From IMG/VR virus record IMGVR_UViG_3300044800_000040, positions 4,691 to 68,690 of that record: a stretch of 64,000 nt of DNA; one strand, 5' to 3'. A program made the position numbers and the translations under genes. This document shows positions 20,291-29,008 of this stretch, in pieces. The stretch's first letter is position 1; each line of letters begins with the position of its first letter. Source of the DNA: a virus. The notes under the pieces are model-generated. The model had not been told where the DNA came from. It searched no databases and saw only the letters and a list, made by a program, of their open reading frames with translations.

Positions 20291-20631
20291 GTGCCTGGGC
20301 AGGGCAAGGGTGCCCCCGGTGCGAGAAACGCAGCGACAGGGCGGTTTTTGCGAGATGTGGGGGGCTCTGGTGAGTTGGGCCGGGGTAGTGTTTAGGTGAA
20401 GTTGGGTCGTGCGAACTCCCCGGCCCGGTGAGACTAGATGGGAATGTGCCACGTATTGCGCGGCAGGCTGGTGTTCGGGACTTGGCCGATGCCCTTGCAC
20501 CCAGTACAGGGCGGAGCGCCCATCGGGCGGTCGTACAGAGCAATCTGCCTGGCAGGGAGCATGGGTTCCTTGCGGCCACCCATGCACCGGGCGCACTCAC
20601 GCCAGTATGTGATCGTGATCAGCATAGTGCC

Positions 20632-21153
20632 TCAAATTGGGATGAGGGTTGCGGGCAGGGTACCGAACCTGGCAGCGTCACGCTCGCCCACCATGTAGAT
20701 GTCCACGCTGCGGTACTTGCCGTGCGCCATGCGATCCTCCACCCGGAAGACGCCAAGGTCACGCTCGCCAGCAACAACCCGGACGCGTCGGCCCTTCAGA
20801 TGCCAGAGGTCCTTGCTCACTGCGATGGTGTGGTCCTGGCGCACCCTGGTGCCGCTGGCGGTGATGCCGTCGGTCTTGCCGCACTGGGCGACGGAGACGC
20901 TGTACGCTGTGGCGCGCACTTCGGCGATATGCGCTTGTTGCAGACTCAAGTATGCGTCGGTGAAGTATGTGGCGTTGTCAGAGCAGAGGGCTGCTTGCAC
21001 AACGAGCTGCCGGTAGCGTTCCTTGGACAGGACGACCCGACCATCCTCCAGGCGCTCCTCATCAGGAATGATGCGGGGAGGTGAGGAGAACAAGAGCAGT
21101 CCCATCAGGAACAATGCAAAGAGGGCTACGGGCCACACGATTGTCGTCTTCAT
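20632..21153 (-). CDS. 3D-domain (MltA-like) cell wall protein with N-terminal TM
   Basis: ATAYS, ITASG, IAVS, VEDR, VDIY. Confidence 0.8.
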   Translation of the reverse strand: MKTTIVWPVALFALFLMGLLLFSSPPRIIPDEERLEDGRVVLSKERYRQLVVQAALCSDNATYFTDAYLSLQQAHIAEVRATAYSVSVAQCGKTDGITASGTRVRQDHTIAVSKDLWHLKGRRVRVVAGERDLGVFRVEDRMAHGKYRSVDIYMVGERDAARFGTLPATLIPI

Positions 21154-21154
21154 G

Positions 21155-22465
21155 CTACTGCTCCTCAACGGCCATGATGTAGTCGAGGATGGCCTCGCTG
21201 AACCCGTCCACGTGGTGCCAGGGACCGTAGCCGACGCCGTGGGTGTTGGTCGCCACGTTGACCATGTAGTTGCGGCCGCACTTGGGCGAGCCCACCACGC
21301 CATGACTCTGCTCGTCGGTGAACACGATCAGGCGGTCCCAGGTGGTGTGCTGCTCGAGCCCGCCCAGCGCGGTACCGAGGTACGTGCCCTCGTGCGACTG
21401 GCTCTGCACGATGCTGTCACGCAGCGCGAAGCCCCGGCGCGGGGGCACCTGGCAGAGCTGCATCGAGAACGTGTAGACCTCGATGTCGTCGGACAGCTCG
21501 CGGGCCAGCACAGCCAGGCCGCAGGCGGCATCCATGCGGGTCATGTCGCTCTTGTTGCTGATGGGGTGGTCCATGGAGCCGGACACGTCGATCAGCAGCA
21601 CAGTCTTGCCCGGCAGGTTGACCTTGTCGCCCAGGCAGCGGTACATAGCCTGCTCCAACTCGGGCTCCAGGGCCGGGGCGTAGCGGGCAGCGGCGATGAA
21701 GCGGAAGGGCAGCACACGCTCGGTCTTCATGTTGAGCAAGCCCTGGCGGATGGCGTCGCGGTCGACCCCGGCCTGTTCCATGTTGCGGAGGTTGCGCAGC
21801 AGGGCGAGCGCCCCCAGCTTGCCCTCGGACAGCAGGCGCGTCCAGATGGCCTTCTTGTCGGTACCGCCAGCGGACAGGGCCACTTCCCAGGTGTCGGGGA
21901 TGGCGAGCTGCCCGTCGACGAGGCGCTTCCAGACTTCCGCCTGCACAGCGTCCTTGGGTTTGGCATGGACGAGGAACAGCACGTCACGCAGCTTGACCGC
22001 GTTGTCTCGGTTGTACTTGGCCAGGGCGTACTCGTCGAACTTGGTGAACGCACGCGCAAGGCCCTTCTTGACCTGGGCGGACAGCTTGCACCGTCCAGCC
22101 GACCAGTACAGCGACAGGAACTCGGTGAGCTCGTCAGGGCGCTGGATGATCTGTGCCAGGGTGTCCGCCACCAGGCCCTTGTGATTGGGCAGGTAGGCCA
22201 TGATGCGCGCAATCATCAACGGAGCGTGACGCAGCTTCATCTTGGTACGGGCTTCCACCGCCATGCTCTGCACAGTCACCGGGTCGACCAGGGGCACGAG
22301 CTTGGCAAGGCGTTCGGTGATGGACAGACCGTCCTCGTAGAAGGTGTTCTCCCACAACATGCAGGCCATCAGCGTCCGGCGCAGTTGCAGCTCGGCATTG
22401 ATGCGCTTGGCGGGGGCTCCTTCGTGGGTGCGGATGGGCTGGACGGGGAGGTTGGTGCGGGCCAT
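21155..22465 (-). CDS. rsr: TROVE-domain Ro60/Rsr RNA-binding protein with vWA domain
   Basis: THEG, FYEDG, IQRPDEL, FDEYALAKY, HAKP, TWE, ALLRNLRN, LPFRF, DVSGSM, TDEQ; AAGGAG RBS before ATG 22465. Confidence 0.93.
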   Translation of the reverse strand: MARTNLPVQPIRTHEGAPAKRINAELQLRRTLMACMLWENTFYEDGLSITERLAKLVPLVDPVTVQSMAVEARTKMKLRHAPLMIARIMAYLPNHKGLVADTLAQIIQRPDELTEFLSLYWSAGRCKLSAQVKKGLARAFTKFDEYALAKYNRDNAVKLRDVLFLVHAKPKDAVQAEVWKRLVDGQLAIPDTWEVALSAGGTDKKAIWTRLLSEGKLGALALLRNLRNMEQAGVDRDAIRQGLLNMKTERVLPFRFIAAARYAPALEPELEQAMYRCLGDKVNLPGKTVLLIDVSGSMDHPISNKSDMTRMDAACGLAVLARELSDDIEVYTFSMQLCQVPPRRGFALRDSIVQSQSHEGTYLGTALGGLEQHTTWDRLIVFTDEQSHGVVGSPKCGRNYMVNVATNTHGVGYGPWHHVDGFSEAILDYIMAVEEQ

Positions 22466-22486
22466 AGCAGGCTCCTTGGGTAAGAG

Positions 22487-22549
22487 GTCCGGGAACAGGC
22501 GGCGGCAGTGATGTTCTAGCACGAAGTAACTGCAACCTTCACCACGGAA
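22487..22549 (-). ncRNA. Y-RNA-like unit D (minimal)
   Basis: uccg-UGGUGAAG-stem-UUACUUC-loop-stem-CGCCUGUUCC-cgga. Confidence 0.75.
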
Positions 22550-22559
22550 CACAAAGGCA

Positions 22560-22674
22560 AGATCTGGGAACGAGCGGGGTGTGAGTACCGGCTTTCGCCG
22601 GGTGCGGTCGTCTCCGAGCCGCGACGCTCCCGAAGGAGCGGGCAGATGTATCACAACCCTATCACCACAGATCT
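22560..22674 (-). ncRNA. Y-RNA-like unit C (three-hairpin domain)
   Basis: agaucug-UGGUGAUA...AUACAUC...UUCG and GAAA hairpins...CGCUCGUUCC-cagaucu. Confidence 0.8.
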
Positions 22675-22684
22675 GAAAGAGCGA

Positions 22685-22817
22685 AGTCGGGGAACAAGCG
22701 ATCAAGGCATTTTTCCAGCTGCTCTACCAGTTGAGCTACGGGTGCCGAAGCTCCCGACGGGATTTGAACCCGTGACCAACTGTTCCGATGAAGTAGCCCT
22801 GGTCTTCACCACCGACT
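22685..22817 (-). ncRNA. YrlA-like Y RNA with permuted tRNA-like domain (unit B)
   Basis: T arm ACGGG-UUCAAAU-CCCGU, then closed acceptor-like hairpin, then D arm UAGCUCAACUGGUAGAGCA, inside a UGGUGAAG/CGCUUGUUCC stem. Confidence 0.88.
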
Positions 22818-22825
22818 GAAAACTG

Positions 22826-22894
22826 TTGACGGAGGAACGAGCGGTTCGCGGTGTATTTCCCCAAGAAGTAGCCGCGGCCTTCACCATCCGTCGA
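22826..22894 (-). ncRNA. Y-RNA-like unit A (minimal)
   Basis: ucgacgga-UGGUGAAG-GCCGCGG-CUACUUC...CCGCG..CGCUCGUUCC-uccgucaa. Confidence 0.78.
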
Positions 22895-22900
22895 GGACCT

Positions 22901-22909
22901 ATTATACGC
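22901..22909 (-). promoter_or_regulatory. GCGTATAAT promoter for the Y RNA array and rsr
   Basis: TATAAT ends 6 nt before unit A; the motif recurs elsewhere. Confidence 0.75.
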
Positions 22910-23114
22910 CAAGACCCCCGTGAACAAGATGCTTGAGACGCTGATCGACGAGCCAGATGAAGTGATCAACGTGGACGGGGTTGTACTGCTTCTGCTTGGA
23001 CAGACGATAGATCCACTCGCGCGTGTTGTCGAGGTGCTCTGCAGTCTTGCAGGAGCAGATCACTCGACCGAGCCGGCCCTGGATGGGCTGCGGGATGTCT
23101 TGGTGCATGGGCAT
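22902..23114 (-). CDS. Hypothetical protein
   Basis: AAGGAGG RBS. Confidence 0.55.
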   Translation of the reverse strand: MPMHQDIPQPIQGRLGRVICSCKTAEHLDNTREWIYRLSKQKQYNPVHVDHFIWLVDQRLKHLVHGGLGV

Positions 23115-23126
23115 GGTGGACCTCCT

Positions 23127-23585
23127 TCAAAAGTTGAGAGGGTCATACGCATCCGCTACGTGCTCCTCCCCCGTCTCGGCAATGTACTTGTCGAGGAACT
23201 TGCTCTTGCACTTCTTGCAGCGGTACTCCCCATCGGTGACCTTCTTGCAGTCAACGCAACGGCAGCTGATCACCTTGGCGTACACGCTCTTCTTCTCACC
23301 CCTGCACTCCAGGCACGTGTCGTGCGGTTGGAGCTGGGCATTGAGGAACTCACTGACCGGGCGGTATGACCGGCACCCAGGACAGCGGCGCACATGGCGC
23401 TCCCGGTTCTTGTCCGGGTTGGACAGGGTGGCCTGCCAGTTGAGGTACTTGCCGAAGTGTTTGTGGTTGCAGAACTTGGCGCGGCGTGCCCTCGTGCCCC
23501 GGACGTACCAGACACGCCCACACCAGAGGCACTCACATAGAAATCGCGTGCGCCGAGGGCGCTTGGCATCGCTCACATCAGTCAC
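23127..23585 (-). CDS. Cys-rich zinc-finger protein
   Basis: Five CxxC pairs. Confidence 0.6.
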   Translation of the reverse strand: MTDVSDAKRPRRTRFLCECLWCGRVWYVRGTRARRAKFCNHKHFGKYLNWQATLSNPDKNRERHVRRCPGCRSYRPVSEFLNAQLQPHDTCLECRGEKKSVYAKVISCRCVDCKKVTDGEYRCKKCKSKFLDKYIAETGEEHVADAYDPLNF

Positions 23586-23596
23586 GCTGCACTCCG

Positions 23597-24211
23597 CTAG
23601 GCTACATCGACGTCAGCTGTCACCACCCCAGACCTCACCTTGAACACCCGGTCAGCCGCTTCGACGATGCCGGGCAGGTGTGAGATCATGATTATCTGAA
23701 GATGTAGTTGCTTGGCAAGCCCCCGCAACATCTCGGCGCATGCCTGGTGCAGATCGGTGCTCACGAACTTGAAGGGCTCATCGAGGATGATCACCGGGCG
23801 CGAACGGCTCAACGCCCAGAAGGCCATGCGCAGAGCCAGGCTGGCCACGTCCAGGGGTCCACCTCCGGAGCTGGTCATGGGGTCGAGGTGTGTCATGTTG
23901 CCCCGCGCGAAGTACAGGTCGCACTCCACCCGACCACGCCTGTCCACGAACTCCACCTTGAACTCGTAGGGGTCCGGGAACACGGCCGCCAGGGCGGAGC
24001 TGACCAGGGAGGACAGATGCACTTCGAGCTGTTGCTGGGTCATGCGCGCCGCTTCCTGCACGACGGTCTTGGCCTGGGCGAGCGTCTGGACCTCCGCCTC
24101 GGCCGAGTCCGCCAGAGCCTGGGCCTTGGCCCTCTGCTCCTGCCAGGACTGCAAGTCCGCACGCATGCGGGAGACCCTGCGCCGCAGGACGGCTATGCGT
24201 TCGATTGGCAT
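23597..24211 (-). CDS. SbcC/Rad50-like ATPase, C-terminal half
   Basis: SSGGG signature, IILDEPF Walker B, ISH. Confidence 0.85.
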   Translation of the reverse strand: MPIERIAVLRRRVSRMRADLQSWQEQRAKAQALADSAEAEVQTLAQAKTVVQEAARMTQQQLEVHLSSLVSSALAAVFPDPYEFKVEFVDRRGRVECDLYFARGNMTHLDPMTSSGGGPLDVASLALRMAFWALSRSRPVIILDEPFKFVSTDLHQACAEMLRGLAKQLHLQIIMISHLPGIVEAADRVFKVRSGVVTADVDVA

Positions 24212-24444
24212 GCCGCCTCCAGCTGCTCCACCTCGTTGATGAGCTCCTCCTCGAGGGTGTGCTGGCGGGTCTCCAGCTTGTCCAGTTCCTTGTTCGCAGC
24301 AGTGATGGTCTTGAAGCCGAGCTCCTCCAGCGTCTTCATGCCGGCATCGAGTTCACCCTGGGCCCGGTCCATGTCTCGCTGGGCGGTGCGTTCCAGTTCT
24401 TCAAGTTGCTTGAGACGCCGCAGGGCGTCGTTCACGTCAGACAT
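24193..24444 (-). CDS. Coiled-coil protein
   Basis: Heptad-rich; GGAGG RBS. Confidence 0.65.
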   Translation of the reverse strand: MSDVNDALRRLKQLEELERTAQRDMDRAQGELDAGMKTLEELGFKTITAANKELDKLETRQHTLEEELINEVEQLEAACQSNA

Positions 24445-25408
24445 GACTCATCGCCTCCTCAATGAAAGGTTCGACGCGCTTGCGTTCCTCTGTGGGCAGG
24501 CTGTGCAGTACGCGGTGCAGGTTGTCCTTGAAGTTGGTGCCGGCTTCCTGGCCGGAGGTGAGGTTTTCGATGAACAGCTCCAGGCGTTCGTTGCGCTCTG
24601 CCAGCAGCTCGGCCCGGTCAACGTCGAAGACCCTGGCAGCGGGTTCGCAGGGGATCCAATGCCGGGTGAGTTCCCGGTGGTAGGAGTCCCAGACGTAGGC
24701 GCGGGGGCGGTGGTCGATTTGGTCGATGCTGGAGCGCATGAGGGAGCCGCAATTCACCACGTGCCTGTTCTTCACGGAGACAGTGAATGCCTTGTGGTTG
24801 TCGCCACACACCCAGAGGTCCACCGTTGGGTAGTCCTCGAGCAGCGTGCGCGCATCGAGGTTGCCCTCCTGGCCCTCCCAGAGCTTGCCGGAGTTGGTGG
24901 TCATGGCGTGCATGATCACAACGTGCGGACGGTTGGGGTACTGGGTGAACGTCAGGTGCTCCATCTCGTCCGGGGTGGGTAGGGTGCATCCCCAGGCACG
25001 GAACAGGATCGCGATGTCGTGGGTCGGCACGAACTCCAGACCAGACTCGGCACTGATGGTGACCTGCCCGGACATGGTCTCGTTGAGGAGCCCTGCCGGG
25101 GTGTTCACCAGGGACAGGTTGTGAAAGTGGGTGTCGTGCTGGCCCAGGGTCGTGTAGATGTGGACGTTTGTGGGGGTCAGCAACTTCACGAGACGGGTCA
25201 CAACCTCGTACGATGCCCTGGGGGAGTCAACGAGGTCTCCTGGCTGCATAAGACCGGGGCATGATTCGCCGTCCTCCTTGGCAACCCTGGTTGCCAGGTC
25301 GAGCAGGAACTTGAGCTTGCCCAGGGCAGTGCCAAGATAGTCCGCATCTGTGCGGAAACGGGGACGCCTGTCAGTGAGGTGCAGGTCACCAGCAAGTACG
25401 AACCTCAT
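24437..25408 (-). CDS. SbcD/Mre11-like metallophosphoesterase nuclease
   Basis: GDLH, GDLVD, GQHD, GDNH, NCGSL. Confidence 0.88.
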   Translation of the reverse strand: MRFVLAGDLHLTDRRPRFRTDADYLGTALGKLKFLLDLATRVAKEDGESCPGLMQPGDLVDSPRASYEVVTRLVKLLTPTNVHIYTTLGQHDTHFHNLSLVNTPAGLLNETMSGQVTISAESGLEFVPTHDIAILFRAWGCTLPTPDEMEHLTFTQYPNRPHVVIMHAMTTNSGKLWEGQEGNLDARTLLEDYPTVDLWVCGDNHKAFTVSVKNRHVVNCGSLMRSSIDQIDHRPRAYVWDSYHRELTRHWIPCEPAARVFDVDRAELLAERNERLELFIENLTSGQEAGTNFKDNLHRVLHSLPTEERKRVEPFIEEAMSHV

Positions 25409-25626
25409 GACTTCTCCGAGTGCCCGTTCGGGTTGTTGATGGTGGTGCCGTTCATCTTGCCGAGCGTGGCCGCTTTGATAAACTCACCGCACCAATCGAA
25501 TGGGGAGACGCATGGGAAGTGGTAATCCTTATGCGGCGGGTATCTGCGACAGATACCCCGGTCGTTTATCATGGTCCGTCCATCGTAGTATTGGCAGTCT
25601 TTGCACTGCTGCTCACACGGTCCCAT
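25405..25626 (-). CDS. Small Cys-rich protein
   Basis: CKDC...GICRRYPP...DWCGEF; GGAGG RBS. Confidence 0.65.
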   Translation of the reverse strand: MGPCEQQCKDCQYYDGRTMINDRGICRRYPPHKDYHFPCVSPFDWCGEFIKAATLGKMNGTTINNPNGHSEKS

Positions 25627-25647
25627 TTCTTTCCTCCTCCCTACTGA

Positions 25648-25926
25648 CTACAGATCAGCCGCAGCGAGGGCGGCTTTGTACGTGGCGCGAAGTTCCATGT
25701 ACGCAGGATTCCACGGTACGGTGACACACGCATCTATCATGTCAAACGCCAATTCCTGCACCTCCACCAGCCACTCCAACGCCTCGCACCGCTCCCGGCA
25801 TGAGGCGAGGGAGGAGCGGAGGGCGGCGTTTTCCCTTGATTCGGACTGCAAAAGTGCGCACGTCCCCGTCAGCCCCGAGTGTTCGTGCCACGCGACTCCG
25901 CAAGCTCCGCAAAATTCAGTTGCCAT
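25648..25926 (-). CDS. Hypothetical protein
   Basis: GGGGGAG RBS before MATEFCGACG. Confidence 0.55.
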   Translation of the reverse strand: MATEFCGACGVAWHEHSGLTGTCALLQSESRENAALRSSLASCRERCEALEWLVEVQELAFDMIDACVTVPWNPAYMELRATYKAALAAADL

Positions 25927-25927
25927 G

Positions 25928-26104
25928 CTACTCCCCCTCGGACTTGTTACATTCCCGGCATAGTGATTCATCGGTTTCCCTCGTCTGGTCAGAATCGGGC
26001 CAAATCTGCCGATGAATTGCGGCCCCTGATTCAAGGTCAGCGAAGGGTATGTATCTCCCGCACTCGTCGCAGCGGGGACATGTTTCTTTCTGCTTCCAAG
26101 ACAT
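25928..26104 (-). CDS. Small CxxC protein (58 aa, absent from ORF track)
   Basis: MSWKQKETCPRCDECGRYIPF...LCRECNKSEGE, translated by hand. Confidence 0.55.
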   Translation of the reverse strand: MSWKQKETCPRCDECGRYIPFADLESGAAIHRQIWPDSDQTRETDESLCRECNKSEGE

Positions 26105-26105
26105 A

Positions 26106-26264
26106 CTACTCCCCCTCCGGCCACAGGTTTTTCATGTCTCGGATACAGGCATCCGCAGCGTCTCCCGAAAACTTCTGCAACGCAGCAATTGGGAGAAGCA
26201 GCCACCAGATAGCGGCACATATAGCCCATCCGCATGCCACCAAAATAAGTGCAATGCTACGCAT
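26106..26264 (-). CDS. Small membrane protein
   Basis: Hydrophobic N-terminus; GGGGGAG RBS. Confidence 0.5.
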   Translation of the reverse strand: MRSIALILVACGWAICAAIWWLLLPIAALQKFSGDAADACIRDMKNLWPEGE

Positions 26265-26321
26265 GGTGTTACTCCCCCTTCGTCCGTCTGGACAGCTCAA
26301 CATCAAATTCTTTAGCAGTTC

Positions 26322-26765
26322 TCACGAATGTGGCGCGCAATGCGGCAGTATTCTCACGCAGAACATCACGTTCAAGGCAGGAATTGCATGCGCGGAGAAT
26401 CCGCTTACGGAGTCGATAACGGAGATTGCTGCGTCAATGTCTATCGCAGGCAGCGGGGCGGGCTTGGCCTCCAACTGCGTGATGTAGGCCAGGAGGGTGT
26501 CGAGATCGTCAGACAGGCAGGTACTCCAACGCTTGGGCGCAAGCACAGGAAAGAATCCGTCACCGGTATCAATTTCACCTGTGCGGGCGTCTCCCGCAAG
26601 TCGCTCTATCGCCTCCCGCACTTCGGCGGGGGAGGGAACTGCACGGGGTCCTGCGTGCTTCGCGCAATACACGATTTCCTCAAGGTCGATGTCACAGTAC
26701 CCGTCGCCGTCATTGTCCACGGACATGTGTACCATGCATCCACAGTCCATTTCATGCGTGCTCAT
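26322..26765 (-). CDS. Hypothetical protein (possible frameshift near 3' end)
   Basis: ATGA overlap with the upstream gene; GGAGG RBS. Confidence 0.45.
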   Translation of the reverse strand: MSTHEMDCGCMVHMSVDNDGDGYCDIDLEEIVYCAKHAGPRAVPSPAEVREAIERLAGDARTGEIDTGDGFFPVLAPKRWSTCLSDDLDTLLAYITQLEAKPAPLPAIDIDAAISVIDSVSGFSAHAIPALNVMFCVRILPHCAPHS

Positions 26766-27682
26766 ACGACCTCCAGGGGGCGCTTGCAGGTTGGGCAATA
26801 TTTGATGCTCTTGCGCGCTGCCTCGATGGACTGCCGGATGTTGCGCAGCTCATCGCTGGCCTTGTCACGGCGTGCAGTTGCTTTGCTGATGTTGGACACG
26901 GACAGGGCCAGAGTTGACCTCGTGCTGATCACAGCAAGGAGATCCTCTCGCACGGCGACAGCGGTGCGCACGTCACCCAGACTGTCCATGGTACGCCTGG
27001 CACTGGTGAGCTTGTCCCTGGATTGCATCACCCGGCGCACAGCTCCGGACAGGTTGAAAATTGTGGTCGCCTGGGCGGTGATACGTTCCTGAAGACGTTC
27101 ACACACCGCCAGCATCTTCTCGGCCTTGTCCACGTCCGGACTGGCGGCAATGCTGGCGTCCACATCCTGCACGATTTCGAGCTGTGCCGTGGCAAGAGTG
27201 CGTGCGCGAACCTGGCGCGAGTTGAGCGCAGTGAAGACTCCATCGATCTCAAACCCGGCCAGGGCGTTGATGGCCTTGGCGACCTCGCCCGGAGGGCTAT
27301 CCAGCATGAACGGCCCTTCCCCTTGTTTCTGCATGCAGTAGGGGGACACGTGCAGCATGTCCTCGACCTGCTCGGGTACGTTGGTACCCACGGCGGCGAA
27401 GGGGGTGCCGTTCACGTCGTATGTGTTGGTGTTCCCCTTGCGCGAGCGTGTGATGTCCCCCTCGGGGGTGGTGACCTTCACCCAGACCGGCTCTCCCTTG
27501 GGTGCTCCCTCGCGGCGGTAGCCATCACCCCGCAGGTTGTTGAACAGCACCCAGCCCAGGGCACGCAGCACACTGGACTTGCCCTGGTCGGACGGCCCGG
27601 TGATCACGTTCACTCCTGGGTGTAGGTCGAGCGTGCTGTCCTTGTGCGCCTGGAAGTTCTGGAGGCGGATGCGGGTGAACAT
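26762..27682 (-). CDS. SbcC/Rad50-like ATPase, N-terminal half ending in zinc hook
   Basis: LQNFQAH, GPSDQGKS Walker A, terminal CPTC. Confidence 0.88.
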   Translation of the reverse strand: MFTRIRLQNFQAHKDSTLDLHPGVNVITGPSDQGKSSVLRALGWVLFNNLRGDGYRREGAPKGEPVWVKVTTPEGDITRSRKGNTNTYDVNGTPFAAVGTNVPEQVEDMLHVSPYCMQKQGEGPFMLDSPPGEVAKAINALAGFEIDGVFTALNSRQVRARTLATAQLEIVQDVDASIAASPDVDKAEKMLAVCERLQERITAQATTIFNLSGAVRRVMQSRDKLTSARRTMDSLGDVRTAVAVREDLLAVISTRSTLALSVSNISKATARRDKASDELRNIRQSIEAARKSIKYCPTCKRPLEVV

Positions 27683-27690
27683 GGGGGCTC

Positions 27691-27927
27691 CTAGTCCGTT
27701 GCCTGGACGCGGTCGAGGTCGAGGCTTTTCTGGTCAGCCATCCACTCGCTGATGAACACGTCGCAGGAGTCGCCTTCCTTGAGCTCGTCCAGCGGGGTCG
27801 TCCAGTCACCGAGCTGCGACTTGGGGAACCACAGGCACTCCCCGTCAAGCAGCTTGACCTTCACAGCCTTGTCCGTCTGGGTGAGGTACACAGCACGGAG
27901 CTGCACCTCGTTGTTATTCACTGCCAT
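27691..27927 (-). CDS. Hypothetical protein
   Basis: TDKAV...WFPKSQ motif; AAGGAG RBS. Confidence 0.65.
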   Translation of the reverse strand: MAVNNNEVQLRAVYLTQTDKAVKVKLLDGECLWFPKSQLGDWTTPLDELKEGDSCDVFISEWMADQKSLDLDRVQATD

Positions 27928-27951
27928 GATGTCTCTCCTTGTCCTTGGATA

Positions 27952-28575
27952 CTACGCACTGGCCTTCTTGCGGCGGCTCTTCTTGACAGGCACGGAGCCG
28001 CCGAGCCAGAGCACACAGCCGGACTTGAACTTGTCGAGGCACTCCTGTTCGAGTGCGGACAGGCCCTTGCCACAGTGGTGCGGGTAGGCCGGGCCAAGCC
28101 CCCCGCCAAGTGCCAGGTGCCCAAGCATGGCCAGGCCAAAGGCGTCCGCCAAGTTGTCGTTGGTCATGATCGTGTTCCAACGCTGGAGCACCTTCATCAG
28201 CACCAGCTGCTTCTCGGCGTTGCCCTTGCCGGTGAGGAACTTCTTGAGGGTGCCGTTGTGGCAGAGGCAGATGCGTTCCTGGGGGATGTCGTACTCCTCA
28301 AGCAGCATGTACTTCACCGTGCCGGCGAACTCGGCCAGGCGCGTGATCTGTCCGGGAGCGGCATAAGCATAGTCCTCGATGACGATGAGGTCGGTGGGCT
28401 TGGGACGGCACTCGTGCATGATCTGCCTGGCCTGCCGGCTGAAGCGCAGGGTGTCCAGCACACAGGGCTCGGGCTTGGAGCCGACAATGCAGGACAGCTC
28501 GACGTGACCACCGGCACCCATAACGCAGATGCCGGTGGCGGTCAGTGACAGGTCGAGGCCGATGGTCCGGCTCAC
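27952..28575 (-). CDS. RuvC-like Holliday junction resolvase
   Basis: IGLDLSLTATG, VIEDY, LKKFLTGKGNAEK, DNLADA. Confidence 0.85.
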   Translation of the reverse strand: MSRTIGLDLSLTATGICVMGAGGHVELSCIVGSKPEPCVLDTLRFSRQARQIMHECRPKPTDLIVIEDYAYAAPGQITRLAEFAGTVKYMLLEEYDIPQERICLCHNGTLKKFLTGKGNAEKQLVLMKVLQRWNTIMTNDNLADAFGLAMLGHLALGGGLGPAYPHHCGKGLSALEQECLDKFKSGCVLWLGGSVPVKKSRRKKASA

Positions 28576-28742
28576 ATCTTCCTCCGCATCTTGCGCAGGT
28601 GCTTCTTGTTCAGCGCGTTGCGGCCGTACAGGTGCTTCGGGTCGTTGACCCAGCCCTGCACGAACGACTCCTTGCGCGCTCCGGTGTAGCCCAGGGCATC
28701 CGCCACAACACCAGCCGCCAGTTCCTTCTTCTTGATGCTCAT
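28572..28742 (-). CDS. Hypothetical basic protein
   Basis: Overlapping start/stop tiling; RBS. Confidence 0.5.
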   Translation of the reverse strand: MSIKKKELAAGVVADALGYTGARKESFVQGWVNDPKHLYGRNALNKKHLRKMRRKM

Positions 28743-29008
28743 GATGCCTCCATGTACTTTTTGATGATGCGTCGAGGTGGCACCGGGATTGGCATCCACC
28801 ACTCGTTCCATAGGTCCGCTTTCTTGGCACCACGTTCCAGCTGTGCCCGCAGGCGGTAGTTGAAGTCAGAAGCCGGGCCGACGTACACGTTGCCGTAGCG
28901 CAGGTCGAGCATCAGGATTTCCTTGCTCGTGTTGGGGGGAGCCTGGTCGCGCCAGTGAATCCACCCCATGTCCTCGAGCAGCTCTGTGAGCGCGGTAGGC
29001 ACTCTCAT
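28739..29008 (-). CDS. Hypothetical protein (DUF551-like)
   Basis: WIHWRDQAP...WWMPIP. Confidence 0.5.
   Translation of the reverse strand: MRVPTALTELLEDMGWIHWRDQAPPNTSKEILMLDLRYGNVYVGPASDFNYRLRAQLERGAKKADLWNEWWMPIPVPPRRIIKKYMEAS

Noticed and set aside
22466-22705. 80-aa N-terminal extension of Ro60 in the ORF track
   Set aside because: It overlaps the RNA units, and a strong RBS precedes ATG 22465.
22715-22785. Canonical tRNA gene
   Set aside because: The T arm precedes the D arm, the acceptor stem is closed by a loop, and there is no anticodon loop or CCA. It fits a YrlA-type mimic.
22487-22894. CRISPR array
   Set aside because: The repeats are short bipartite motifs within self-pairing units of unequal length, and no cas genes are present.
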